Below, piece after piece: positions 1-11,133 of a stretch of 64,000 nucleotides of DNA. This DNA is from an uncultured Spirochaetota bacterium (GTDB lineage Bacteria; Spirochaetota; UBA4802; UBA5550), in the NCBI GenBank assembly GCA_963827275.1, contig CAWHAA010000005.1, forward strand, positions 288,001-352,000. Reading direction: 5' to 3'. The notes under the pieces were generated by a model. It was given only the letters and a program-made list of their open reading frames with translations. It ran no database searches and was not told where the DNA came from. The first letter of the stretch is position 1; each line of letters begins with the position of its first letter. Both the position numbers and the translations under genes were made by a program.

Positions 1-978
1 GTGGACATCATCCGGGGCCTGCCCAATTTCATCATCGTGGGCCTGCCGGACTCTACCATCCGCGAATCGCGCGAACGGATCCGTTCCGCTATCGAAAATT
101 CAGGATTGGAGTTCCCGCCGAAAAGCTTCGTGGTCAACCTGGCGCCGGCCGGGTTCAAGAAACAGGGAGCCACCTTTGATCTGCCCATTGCCCTCTCAAT
201 CCTGTGTGCTACCGGCCAGGCGGAAGTAGATACCGCGGCAATACCGATGGTGGGCGAGCTCTCCCTTGACGGGGAGGTTAAACCTGTGCGCGGCATCATT
301 TCCATGACCATCGCCATATACCGCGGAGGATATCGGTCCATCATCGTCCCTTATGAAAACCGTCATGAAGCGGCGGCAATCCCGGGGATCGAGGTCTTCC
401 CGGTTAAAACAATTGCCGAAGCCCTCAAGGTCCTGAACGGCAAGGGTGAAGTTTTCAACGGCACCGCGCCTGCAGAGTCAACCCTTCCCGGACCCGATTT
501 TTCCGACGTCAGGGGGCAGGAAACAGCGAAACGCGCGATAGAGATAGCCGCTGCCGGCCACCACAACATCCTTCTATACGGATCGCCCGGTTCGGGGAAA
601 ACCATGCTGGCAAAAAGGATCCCCTCCATACTTCCCCCGCTCTGCAACGACCAGGCCGTAGAGACGACCATGATCCACAGCGTGAGCGGAGAACTGCAGG
701 GCGGCGGTCTCATAACCCGCCCGCCATTCAGGTCGCCGCACCACACCTCGTCGGATGTGGCGCTGACGGGGGGCGGCACAATACCTTCCGTGGGAGAGGT
801 CTCCCTGGCGCACAACGGCGTTCTATTCATGGATGAATTCGTCGAATTCAAGAACAACGTGATACAGGCCCTCCGCCAGCCCCTTGAAGACTACGAGATA
901 ACGGTGGCCAGGGCCTTTGGTACGTTTCGTTTCCCGGCCGACTTCATGCTCGTCGCCGCGAGCAACCCATGCCGGTGC
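1..978 (+). pseudogene. comM: comM/YifB Mg-chelatase-like AAA+ ATPase, 5' part (runs off the window start; interrupted at 978)
   Basis: GLPDSTIRESRERIRSA, NLAPA, Walker A GSPGSGKT, FRSPHHTSS, GEVSLAHNGVLFMDEF, ends ASNPCRC at 978. The ORF tail after 978 is island sequence. Confidence 0.95.
971..978 (+). repeat. target site duplication, left copy (GCCGGTGC)
   Basis: Identical to 29239-29246; the preceding AT is also shared. Confidence 0.9.
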
Positions 979-2091
979 ATAGCTCTCTCACTATCCCCAC
1001 ACAGCTCCCCTACCCTCATCTCAACCAACCGATCCATCCCAAACAACCTCAACCCCTTCAAGGCACACCACTCATCCAGATACAGTTGAGAATACTCTGG
1101 CCTGATATACCCATACCCAGCCAGAAAGGAATGCTTCAATACACGTTGGAACCCTTCTGCCGTCTGACTATGGACTCCCTTACAGCTCCATCTCTCTCTA
1201 CTCCAGACATTCCTCTTCAAATCCTTTGCCCGTTTCGAGTGGTTTACTGACCGATGATTGTCATTATATCGCTTCAACCACGGATAACCGGCATCAGAAA
1301 ATATCGGAGCATGCTCAGGCAAGAAATCCAGTAAGGGCATAATCGTTCTTTGTCTTTGATCAGGAATAGAATCAAATATGACTGGCCCTTTCTTTATCCC
1401 AATCGTGGAAACCAATGTCCCGATCTGGTACTTACCCTTCTCCAGAGCCACAGAATCGGACAGGTAGATGCTGGAGGTCTGGCCGTTGTGCTTGTACCGT
1501 GCTCTGTAGCCATTAGAGCCTTTTCTAGCTGAAAACAGGGCAACTGTATCCATTGATACTACCGGTTTGCTCTGGATTAATCCTGAGAGGTCTGAAGCGG
1601 TATCCTTGGGGAATCTAAAGCCTTCTGGGAACTCCTTCTGGATCTCCTCTGTCATGATCTGTTTAATAACGGGGATAAACTCCCTCAGGAATAACTGTAA
1701 CCGCCTCTTGAGTAAGGTGGCGGTGTTGTTGGAACATTGGAGTCTTCTTTGTATACTTGAGGCTGTCAGGACTTGAGGATGGATGTTGAGAGCTTCTGTT
1801 AGGATATATGAGAATGTCCAGAGCGGAAGTCTGAGATTGTGCAATGGGGTTTGGGAAGTACGTGATCCTTGGTAATAGCACTGGGGACAACGGATTGCAT
1901 TTTCTCTGGTCGCTATTTCATTAGTAAGTCTTGTTTGGCAATGGGGACAGTACTTGGGATAGAGTGGAGTTAAGGATCTGTTTGGTTAGTTGGGTGTAAT
2001 ATTGGATGTTGATCTGGGGGAATCTTGTTGAGAATTGGGTCTTGGCATTTTGGTGAAAATGTATAGGTTGTGGGGAGTGTGAAGGAGAGAT
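979..2091. repeat. left terminal direct repeat (1113 bp) with imperfect terminal inverted repeats
   Basis: Matches 28127-29238 by spot checks and identical ORF-track translations, apart from an extra G near 1962. Ends ATAGCTCTCTCACTATCCCCACA vs revcomp ATCTCTCCTTCACACTCCCCACA match at 17/23. Confidence 0.93.
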
Positions 2092-2187
2092 ATAGGTCTT
2101 ACCCTTGAAATATGGTAAAACTGACAGACCCTGATTCATCCCCATTTTTTTTAATGATTGCATATAATATCCCCTCCAAGATGCATC

Positions 2188-2217
2188 ATGGTATACAAAT
2201 TAATCGATAGCGGTCAA
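2188..2217 (-). promoter_or_regulatory. candidate sigma70 promoter for the transposase (TTGACC-N18-TACCAT)
   Basis: Visual match only, just upstream of the GGAGG RBS. Confidence 0.35.
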
Positions 2218-2286
2218 TTAATTATTTTATCTTATTGTCAAACGGGAAGAAACACTGATGGTAAGGGATTTATTAATTTTTAGTTT

Positions 2287-3240
2287 TTATCTATTTTTAA
2301 TAAAGTAGCGAAATTGCGTGGGCTCAAGAACATCATCCTCTGGATTCCACGGATCTTGATGATATCGTATATTCCCACCTGAGGCAATCCAGTCTTTTCC
2401 ATCCCTTTGCAATATTATTCCAGATATAACTATCAAGACTGAATATCCAGTATTATTGCGGGCATGTTGTAATTCACCATTTGTTAATAACACACTATCA
2501 CCATTGCCGGTGGTTCCTTTCACCTCAATAAATCTTTTCTCATTATTTTTTATAGCTAATAAATCATAAGACTGAGTTGATGACATATCTTCTATTACCC
2601 AACCTAATTCTTTGTATTTTGAAATTGCCACTTGCATTGCTCTTAATTCAACAGCCTTACGCTGAGGCTGGGACAGGCCAAATCCTTGCCCATCAGAAAA
2701 ACCCACTTGATTGACATTAGTTTTTGTAGACATAGGAAAACCCAGTTTTTCATGTAGTGCTTTCTCGTTTAATGGAAGGATAGAGAGTTGCGCCTTCAAT
2801 CCATCTGGGGTTAGTGAGCATTTTTTTATTTCTTGAACCGAAGGCGGATTATCAAGGATCTGAAAATTCTCAATGGAAGCAACGTATGACATTACATCTG
2901 TTTGAGTTACTACAGGATTTGCAAATTCATATGCGCATGAACCGCATTTCCATTTAGGAGTTTTTTTTATTCTTTCTCGAATATCAGTAGAGTTGCAATC
3001 TTGATTCGGACACCGGCGATGAGTTTTAATATCTTGAGATTTATTAATATCTCCCACTTCGCCCAACCCGATTATTTTATCATCCTTGCGGACTACTACT
3101 ACATCTCCAGAACCAAGGCTTTTATGGTTAGGGACTAAGCTGTCATAATGATATTCTTCTCCGGTTTTGTCACTATAACTATCTATACCTTGAGATATTC
3201 GAGTCTTGTCAGATTTTTCGAGAATTAACCAACAGGCCAT
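2287..3240 (-). CDS. DUF3883 (PD-(D/E)xK) nuclease with zinc ribbon and putative PUA/SRA-like N-terminus
   Basis: C-terminal YDLLA..RFIEVKGTT..LTNGE; Cys pairs CPNQDC and CGSC. Confidence 0.7.
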   Translation of the reverse strand: MACWLILEKSDKTRISQGIDSYSDKTGEEYHYDSLVPNHKSLGSGDVVVVRKDDKIIGLGEVGDINKSQDIKTHRRCPNQDCNSTDIRERIKKTPKWKCGSCAYEFANPVVTQTDVMSYVASIENFQILDNPPSVQEIKKCSLTPDGLKAQLSILPLNEKALHEKLGFPMSTKTNVNQVGFSDGQGFGLSQPQRKAVELRAMQVAISKYKELGWVIEDMSSTQSYDLLAIKNNEKRFIEVKGTTGNGDSVLLTNGELQHARNNTGYSVLIVISGIILQRDGKDWIASGGNIRYHQDPWNPEDDVLEPTQFRYFIKNR

Positions 3241-3262
3241 AGGTCCCTCGATAAAAAACGTC

Positions 3263-3664
3263 TTATATCTTAGCCTTAATTTTTGAAAAAATGGTCATCA
3301 TTTTTTTTTTGCCAATTTCACATTCCCAAATTCTATAAACAACCCAGCCATCTCTTTTAAGCTTCCTATTAACGGTTCTGTCTCTATTTTTGTTAGCGGA
3401 TATCTTTCTTTCCCAAAATTCCATGTTTGATTCTGGTATCTTTGCACATTTGTGCCCATGCCAGAAACATCCGTCGACAAACAGAGCAATCTTCTTTTGG
3501 GGGAATACGAAATCGGGCTTGCCAAATATTTTAAATTTTCTTCGCCAACCGATAACTTTTTCTTGTCGTAGATGAAGTATTATTTTTAGTTCGGTACTTT
3601 TATTTCCACTTCCCCGGATACGTGACATGTTCCAAGAGCGGTGTTCGCTGGAAAGACGATCCAT
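3263..3664 (-). CDS. vsr: very short patch repair endonuclease
   Basis: [40 protein letters not shown]; start overlaps the upstream stop. Confidence 0.95.
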   Translation of the reverse strand: MDRLSSEHRSWNMSRIRGSGNKSTELKIILHLRQEKVIGWRRKFKIFGKPDFVFPQKKIALFVDGCFWHGHKCAKIPESNMEFWERKISANKNRDRTVNRKLKRDGWVVYRIWECEIGKKKMMTIFSKIKAKI

Positions 3665-4419
3665 CAGATGACCTTGGCACGTTTCCATCTCGCCATGGCC
3701 GGGTCGAGGTGGTCAGTAAAAAAATCCTCAAATGATAGAATGTTGGGTGCTGATGAATAAACGGTGTTGCCATTCATTATTTTTTCAGGAACAACCAGAT
3801 ATATCCGGTTATTAAGCATCTCTTTTGATTGCTTTTCTGATACTCCCTCGTCAATGGTTGCCAAAAATAGCCCCTTGCCTTTAACACCTTCTGTGGCAAT
3901 TTGACGCCACCTTTCCCTCAATGTTCTTTTTGCTGTGAAAATAATACAGTCCGGGGCATTTTTATTGTAATGGTCTTTCGATGGTAATAGAAAATCAGGT
4001 TTTCCGTTTATTATACACTGTTCCTCAAAAGGATAATCAAGATTACGGAAAAGTGTTCTGATTATTGTTTCGAATGTCTTTCCCGCTCTTGCTTTTCTAC
4101 TCTGAGACAGGGACATGAAAAATTCATTAAGAGCTGGGAAAATAGCTTTATCCTGTTTTTCATCAAGATAATTCTTGATGACTTTTTCTCCGATCTTTTT
4201 TTCATAATTCAAGTATATCTGGTAACACTCATCACCCATATCCTGAACAATTTTGCTAAACTTTTCCTTCAGATCTTTTTTTGAATACCCTTTGTTGAGT
4301 ATTGCATCCATGCCACGTTTTGCAACAGTTTCAAGATTAGGCACTAACTTTTGGAAATCATCAAACATTTTCATACTATCAACCAGCCTTGTTCCTGATT
4401 CTTTTATCATCTCCAACAA
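3664..4419 (-). CDS. type II restriction endonuclease, EcoRII-C/SsoII-like
   Basis: [28 protein letters not shown] motifs. Confidence 0.85.
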   Translation of the reverse strand: MLEMIKESGTRLVDSMKMFDDFQKLVPNLETVAKRGMDAILNKGYSKKDLKEKFSKIVQDMGDECYQIYLNYEKKIGEKVIKNYLDEKQDKAIFPALNEFFMSLSQSRKARAGKTFETIIRTLFRNLDYPFEEQCIINGKPDFLLPSKDHYNKNAPDCIIFTAKRTLRERWRQIATEGVKGKGLFLATIDEGVSEKQSKEMLNNRIYLVVPEKIMNGNTVYSSAPNILSFEDFFTDHLDPAMARWKRAKVI

Positions 4420-5389
4420 GTTTTTGCTGTTTTAATGAATCCAGTACAGATTCCGCTATCTTTTCTACAACTTTGACAACAACAGCATTCCCAAATTGTC
4501 TATAGGCTTGGGTATCTGATACTGGAATTTTAAATGTATCAGGAAACCCCATAAGACGAGCGCATTCTCTCGGGGTGAGACGTCTGGGATTTTTCCCTTT
4601 TTGTCTGATTAGAATTTCTGATCCATCTTTGTAATAACGAGCACTCAATGTTCTTGTAACATCATTAGGGCCGACCAAACCGAATCCAAAACCATTACCC
4701 TTTTCGGCATGTTTTTTTGCATAATCTTGAAGATATTTCCAAAGGTGATCTGAAAGCGTATATTTCTTATCGACCTTATGTTCAAGTATTGAGCCGAGCT
4801 TCGGCCCGGATGGATCCATTTCCGGGAATTCATATAAGAGGGGGCGGTCGAATCCGACAATGAATATTCGTTCTCTATGCTGTGGAGTAACGCTTTTCGC
4901 ATCGATTACTTTATAGTACACCGTATAGCCAAGCTTTTCTGTAAGCGTTTTGTAAATGATATTAAATGTCCGCCCCTTATCATGAGTGATAAGATTCTTA
5001 ACATTTTCAAGTACAAAAGCACTTGGGCGGAGGTCTTTTATTATCCGGGCTAATTCAAAAAAAAGATTACCTTGTTTCTCATCGTCGAATCCGTGCTTAC
5101 GCCCAAGGCTGTTTTTCTTCGAAACACCAGCTATGCTGAATGGTTGACATGGGAATCCGGCGCATAAAATATCAAAAGATGGAATGTCGGAACTTTTAAC
5201 GGAATGTATATCCCCGACAGGTTTTTCGACAAAATTTGATTCGTATGTAATTTGCGAGTACTTGTCCCAATCACAGGAAAATACACATTCGCCACCAAAT
5301 TTCTCAAATGCAAGTCGGAACCCACCTATCCCGCAAAAAAGATCTATAAAGCGGAATGTATCACGAATGTGTTTTGTCGCTCTTCTCAT
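4379..5389 (-). CDS. dcm: DNA (cytosine-5) methyltransferase, Dcm/M.EcoRII-like
   Basis: [58 protein letters not shown]. Confidence 0.93.
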   Translation of the reverse strand: MRRATKHIRDTFRFIDLFCGIGGFRLAFEKFGGECVFSCDWDKYSQITYESNFVEKPVGDIHSVKSSDIPSFDILCAGFPCQPFSIAGVSKKNSLGRKHGFDDEKQGNLFFELARIIKDLRPSAFVLENVKNLITHDKGRTFNIIYKTLTEKLGYTVYYKVIDAKSVTPQHRERIFIVGFDRPLLYEFPEMDPSGPKLGSILEHKVDKKYTLSDHLWKYLQDYAKKHAEKGNGFGFGLVGPNDVTRTLSARYYKDGSEILIRQKGKNPRRLTPRECARLMGFPDTFKIPVSDTQAYRQFGNAVVVKVVEKIAESVLDSLKQQKLVGDDKRIRNKAG

Positions 5390-5620
5390 AACAACCAGTA
5401 TTAATTATTATGTCTTATTATTCAAACAGAATTTATGCTTCATTCTAATAAAAACACTTGATAATATTACATATTAAAGCTTTGTTATTATTATATATTC
5501 TCAGTCTTATAATAATATTCCAAGTAGGCAAAACGCTGGTGATCCCAACGGCACCCTCTCGCTGGAATTAAAATGAAGAAGAGGTTAAGCAAGTAAATAA
5601 TCCTTAATTAAGGAAAGTAT

Positions 5621-5860
5621 ATGATACAAAAACTATCAGAACTCTGGGATGCCCTAACCAAGACACCAGAATGGAAAGCATTCAATGATCATCTCAAGCA
5701 ACATATCAAATCATGGGAACATATACATGATTTTTGTGATTATTCCGGAACAGCGGATCCTGAACATGACGAAGAGGAAGAATACTTGTATCACATCGAG
5801 AAATGTATAGATCGTATATCAAACAAGTATCTACCAAAGCTTGGAAAAGACCGTAAATAA
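5621..5860 (+). CDS. hypothetical protein
   Basis: 79-aa ORF with AAGGA RBS. Confidence 0.55.
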   Translation: MIQKLSELWDALTKTPEWKAFNDHLKQHIKSWEHIHDFCDYSGTADPEHDEEEEYLYHIEKCIDRISNKYLPKLGKDRK

Positions 5861-6008
5861 TTTCGTTGATATTAAATTTAAAGCCCCATGTTCAGTGTTT
5901 TTTTATGTCGATTGCATCATGGATATTTTAAATTCAATAATAGATGAATCTTCACAGGTGAAGTAACCACAATTTAAAATGAAACTGAGATTGCTTATTT
6001 AATTTATT

Positions 6009-6521
6009 ATGAATATAAAATATTATTTCGATCTAAGAAGCAAATATCAGCCGAAAAGCTTAAATATAGTTTTTATTTTCGAATCTCCTCCAGTGTCAGG
6101 TAAATACTTTTATAACAAAGAAGGAAGCATTAAGGAGCCGCTATTTTCGGCAATGATGAAGCTGTTAAACTATAATCCAAAGAATAAACAAGAAGGTCTA
6201 ACCCATTTTGCTGATTTTGGGTATTTAATTGTTGATTCAACGTATGAGCCAGTCAACAACCTTAAAGGCAAAAAGCGGGATGATAAGATCCTTGAGAATT
6301 ATAATAATCTAATTATGGATCTGAAAGAGATGGGCGATCCAAAGGATCTAAGTCTTATACTGGTGAAGGCTAACATATGCCGGTTGCTTGAAAAAAGGTT
6401 GTTAGAAGCTGGTTTCAATGTGCAAAATAATGGTATTATAATTCCTTTCCCATCAACAGGACAGCAAAACAAGTTTCTAATAGAAATTCGGAAGGTCCTT
6501 GCAAATGATTCGGCTGTATAA
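6009..6521 (+). CDS. hypothetical protein, possible uracil-DNA-glycosylase-like fold
   Basis: IVFIFESPP..YFY and C-terminal PFPS resemble UDG-superfamily motifs. Confidence 0.5.
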   Translation: MNIKYYFDLRSKYQPKSLNIVFIFESPPVSGKYFYNKEGSIKEPLFSAMMKLLNYNPKNKQEGLTHFADFGYLIVDSTYEPVNNLKGKKRDDKILENYNNLIMDLKEMGDPKDLSLILVKANICRLLEKRLLEAGFNVQNNGIIIPFPSTGQQNKFLIEIRKVLANDSAV

Positions 6522-6558
6522 TTTGGTTGATTGGCATTTAAGGACGAAGGATTGTTAA

Positions 6559-9356
6559 ATGGATATTAGTATTCAAGAAATTGAAATTGCTTATAGAAAA
6601 TTAAAATCATACTTTTATTACGACAATACTTCACATTATTTTCGCAAGGCATTGGCGGAATTTGAGTCAAAAGATGGTTTTGAAAATAGATTATCTAACT
6701 TATGTGAATTTTTGAATAATTATAATAGTGTTGATTCACAAAACTATTTTTCTGAAATCGTTGAAAGAATCTCCTTTATTAGTCTACCAAAACGAATTAG
6801 TTATAAAAATCATGATTATGTTATTTCTAATCAAGTTGAAGATTCAAAATACACTATTGATAAATTGACATTCTTAATTGATGCACCAATTGAAGTGCAT
6901 ATTATATCTGTATTGTGGATTTTAAAGATTGGCGTGCAAGTTGCCTACTAATTATAAAACATATTTATACGGCAATAGAATTCAATTTAATTATAATTCC
7001 AATGAAGTTAAATCAGGATTACAATTATTTAAACCATATTATAAACAATATCAAAATTGGCGAAATAATGGACTTAGGAGTATTGAAAATTGTTTAGATA
7101 ATAATATAAATGTCGCCATGTTATTGCTGGACGTTAAAAATTATTACCACTCAGTAAAATTTTCATTTAATAAATTTAATGATTCCATTAATAATCTTAA
7201 TATTGAGAAAAGCTTTTTGCTACTTAATAAGTTATTATATGAAATTCATTATTCTTATACAAAAATAATCAACATACATACTGACGAAAAACACAATGAT
7301 GGCACCACTATATTACCAATAGGTTTATTATCATCAGGTATTTTGGCGGATTGGTATCTAAATGATTTTGATGAAAAAACGATAGCTCAAATCAAACCAT
7401 TATATTACGGTAGATATGTTGACGATGTTTTAATTGTCATAGAAAGCCCGAATATTGATAAGCAAAAAGATGATTTACTCGATGAGTTTCTTACAGATTA
7501 TTTTATTATAAAAAATGAAATCTTAACAAAGAAAGGAAATAAAGTTTATAAGATAAATAACTACCGAGGATTAGAAATACAAAAAGATAAAATAAAACTA
7601 TATCTATTAGATGCTAATGCTTCGAAAGCTGGTTTGAAAAAATTTGAAAACACCATCCGTAGGAATAGTAGTGAATTCCGTTTTTTACCTGATGAAGATG
7701 AAGTAAATGCAAATTTTGATGAAGAAGCTTATTCGATTATTTATTCTGATTCAATAAATAAACTACGAAGTGTCGAGGGTTTGGTGCACGATAAATATAA
7801 TATTTTTAGTAATAAATAACAATAGGAGGGCTTTTGGTTTTTTTATAAAAGAAGTTAATTCTCAAATAGATAAAATAAAAATTGCAAGTCCCGAGCTTGA
7901 GAAACGTACGATTTACTTTTTAAAAGATTATTTAACTATATCAGCATCAATTCCAATCTCACTTAATTTGTCATTTGCCGACGATCTCTTGTTTGATTGC
8001 TCAGTTTGGATTCATTATTGGAATATTCAAAATCTATAAGAATTTCCAATTTATTTAGACATAATTATGTTTACTATCCTCTATTTAACTTCACAGACAT
8101 GAGTTACAATTATTCAATAAATCTTTTAGATAAAGATATCAATAATTATCCATTTGTTAGATCATCGAATTATGGCATAACACATAATCATATAAAATAT
8201 ACACCTCGATTTGTTCATCTATATGAAGTTCAATTATATTTGATGTATTATAATTTGATTATCACTAAAATCAATAATGATAAAAATGATTTCAGTGAAT
8301 ATATCAATGAAAAACATTTATCAGAAATAACTATTGAATTATATTCAAATATTAACTACGGACGAGGAGATACTGATGAAAGAGAATATACATGATGGGT
8401 TTGGTTTTAAACAGAAAATCTTGAAACAGATTCCAGAGAGACAGGATGATGAAGAAATCGGTATTCGGATTGTTGAGCATTATTTTGAATTTGAAGAAAA
8501 AGAAAAGAAGTCAATAAGGGTGGGAATAGCAAACCTTAAAATAAATCATGATGATAGTTTAGATAATATTAAAAATCCTAATTTATCTTTTAGCAAGAAA
8601 CAAAAACTATGGAAACTATTGAATTTAATGGAAAGAGAGGATTGTGATCTATTTGTATTACCGGAACTATCTATTCCACATGAATGGCTTCAAAATTTAG
8701 CTAAATTTTCAGACGAAAATCAAAAAGCTATTATTTTTGGATTAGAACATTTCAAAGACAAATATAATCGAGTTTATAATTTAATTGTAACAATATTGCC
8801 ATTCAAAATATTTGGTTATAAAGCATCATATATTAGATATCGTTTAAAAAACCATTACTCGCCAGAAGAAAAAAGACAGTTAATAAACTTAGGGTATAGA
8901 ATACCAATACCATTGGTATATTGTTATGATTTATTTTCATGGAATGGGGTGTCTTTTTCGTGCTACAATTGTTTTGAATTCACAGATATAAATCATAGGA
9001 GTTTGTTTAAATCTGACGTGGATTTTATCGTTGCTGTAGAATATAATAAAGATATAAATTATTTTTCAAATATTGTTGAATCGATTGCAAGAGATATTCA
9101 TTGTTATGTTATTCAAGTCAATAATTCCTGTTGGGGTGATTCGCGCATAACTCAACCATCACCAACTGAAATAAAAGATATAATAAAAATAAAAGGTGGC
9201 GAAAATAGTGCTATTTTAATAGGCGTTATTGATATAGATAAACTTAGAAATTTTCAAATACAAGATTATGAAACACAAAGAAATGATGAAAACTTCAAAC
9301 CCACACCACCAGATTTTGATCAAGATAATGTGAGAAGACGCATGGGCCTTCTGTGA
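6559..9356 (+). pseudogene. reverse transcriptase-nitrilase fusion (UG1/DRT1-like), split over five overlapping ORFs
   Basis: RT motifs LDVKNYYHS, LPIGLLSSGILADWYL, YGRYVDD; nitrilase triad PELSIP, LKNHYSPEE, YNCFEF. Confidence 0.85.
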
Positions 9357-9755
9357 TAAAGTTATAATTGTGATGGATTTTAGTGATATTCCACTAAAAT
9401 AAGTTATAATTTTCTTTATAATACAGAATGAATATCTTTTGTAAAATAACAAACAAATTTATAACTAATCCATTGTAATAGATTTATCACTTATCAAAAA
9501 TATTTTTTAAAAAATAATCAATTGGCTTGTTATATAATTTCGCAAATCGCATCAACTCCACCACATCAACCCGCCGCTCACCAGATTCACATTTTGAAAT
9601 ATACGATTGGGATTGTTTCAGCTTTTTGGCAATGGCCAACTGAGTAAAGCCGGACTCTTCACGGGCTTTTCTGAGGTTCTGATCCCACCCCTTAAATTTG
9701 TACCACGAGATAGTTTAGTTTTAACCGATAAATAATCAAGACTAATGAGGTTAAA

Positions 9756-10028
9756 ATGAAAAAACGATTCTCAGAAGAGCAGATTGTCAGGATCCTCGGT
9801 GAGCATAAGGCGGGAAAAAAGGTAAAGGATATCGCCCGAGAACACGGCATTAGTGAGAACTCCTTTTATATCTGGAAGCGCAAATATGGAGATATGAGCT
9901 CTCAGGAAATTGTTCGATTGCGACTACTTGAAGATGAAAATACACGATTAAAGAAACTGGTTGCCGATTTATCCCTGGATAACATGGCACAGAAGGAGAT
10001 CATAAAAAAGTTCTGCGACCCGGAGTGA
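9756..10028 (+). CDS. IS3 transposase OrfA
   Basis: MKKRFSEEQIVRIL, LEDENTRLKKLVADL; AAAAAAG slippery-type motif at 10004-10010. Confidence 0.9.
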   Translation: MKKRFSEEQIVRILGEHKAGKKVKDIAREHGISENSFYIWKRKYGDMSSQEIVRLRLLEDENTRLKKLVADLSLDNMAQKEIIKKFCDPE

Positions 10029-10768
10029 AGAGAGAGGCAGTAAGCTATCTGATGAGTAGCTTCGGGTTTTCGATACGACGATCATGCAAGGTTTCCTGTA
10101 TGGCTCGTTCTACATTCTCATATAGTCCGCAGCCAAATGATGACGCACGAATCATTGGAGAGATAGATTCGATCCTTTCAAAAAATTCAAAATATGGCTG
10201 CGGAATGATACAGCTCAAGCTGAGGCAAAAAGGGATACTGATTAATCATAAGCGTACAGAAAGGATATATAAAGAGCATGGGCTGCAATTACGAGCGCGG
10301 AAACGTCGGAAAAAGATAGCTTCATTAGAACGATCACCCGTTGAATTGCCGAATGAACCTGGCGTCATATGGGCTTTAGATTTCATTCATGACTCGGTGG
10401 GCTTTAAAAAGAATCTCAAAATACTGACAGCGATTGACCCTGTAACGAATCATTCGCCACTTATTCATACTGGATTTTCAATAACGGGTAAGGATGTTTC
10501 TGAACTACTTGAAAGAGCATGTGAATCCTTTGGGTATCCAGAATTTATACAATGTGACAATGGTCCTGAATTTAGAAGCCAGGAACTCGACCGTTGGTGC
10601 TATGAAAAGGGGATTAAAATAATTTTCACAAGGCCCGGCAAGCCATCAGATAATTGCCACATAGAAAGTTTTAATGGAACATTTCGGAATGAATGTCTCA
10701 GTGCTCATTATTTTAAAAAACTGAGTACAGCCAGAGAGATTATTCATGAATGGTGGGAGAGAATATAA
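10025..10768 (+). CDS. IS3 transposase OrfB (DDE); C-terminus frameshifted near 10757
   Basis: WALDF, CDNGPEF, IESFNGTFRNECL; YNEERPQKRLKGMTP continues in another frame. Confidence 0.88.
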   Translation: MKREAVSYLMSSFGFSIRRSCKVSCMARSTFSYSPQPNDDARIIGEIDSILSKNSKYGCGMIQLKLRQKGILINHKRTERIYKEHGLQLRARKRRKKIASLERSPVELPNEPGVIWALDFIHDSVGFKKNLKILTAIDPVTNHSPLIHTGFSITGKDVSELLERACESFGYPEFIQCDNGPEFRSQELDRWCYEKGIKIIFTRPGKPSDNCHIESFNGTFRNECLSAHYFKKLSTAREIIHEWWERI

Positions 10769-11133
10769 CGAGGAAAGACCTCAAAAGAGATTAAAAGGGA
10801 TGACGCCAAAACAATATAATGATATGTTAGTAATCGAGAAAACTAAACTTGAAGCTGGTCGAATTGTGGGTGCAGGATCAGTTCTTCAGAAAGTTCTGAT
10901 ATTCGGTTGTATATATTGAATTTTTCACTTGCCATAGTATAAATCCTATATTAGAATATCCCAAATTGGAATATTTCAATCCACGCAAAAATCGAATAAA
11001 TTATAACAGTTATTATTTGCCGATCCCCTCTCCGGGGGATGACGGATGTGTATTTGTATAATATTTTAATGAAGTTATATAGGAGACGGCCATGAGAGAC
11101 AACTTAAGGGAGTTTATTGGAAGGATTGCCAAA

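Larger units (their letters stand above)
891..2163 (-). pseudogene. IS1595-like DDE transposase, left copy: has RBS and start, 1-bp frameshift near 1962, C-terminal extension replaced by antisense comM
   Basis: GGAGG upstream of ATG 2163; motifs SMDT, FSDAGY, HRSVNHS, HSQTAEGF, YLDEW; CPHC..CPQC zinc ribbon in frame with the DDE core downstream of the indel. Confidence 0.85.
9680..10880 (+). mobile_element. IS3-family insertion sequence (IS407-like), 1201 bp, 4-bp TSD GTTC
   Basis: Ends TGATCC...GGATCA with imperfect IRs; GTTC at 9676-9679 and 10881-10884. Confidence 0.92.
9487..10928 (-). pseudogene. XRE-family HTH regulator interrupted by an IS3-family element
   Basis: Removing the IS and one GTTC gives a 78-aa ORF containing LRKAREESGFTQLAIAKKLKQSQSYISKCESGERRVDVVEL. 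Confidence 0.88.

Noticed and set aside
979..1089. C-terminal tail of ORF 1..1089, and the N-terminus of ORF 29217..29717, as real comM sequence
   Set aside because: Both are read-through into island DNA across the junctions.
979..2091. Ordinary composite transposon of two complete IS1595 copies
   Set aside because: Neither repeat contains the native start or stop of the transposase; the ORF crosses both IR-defined ends.
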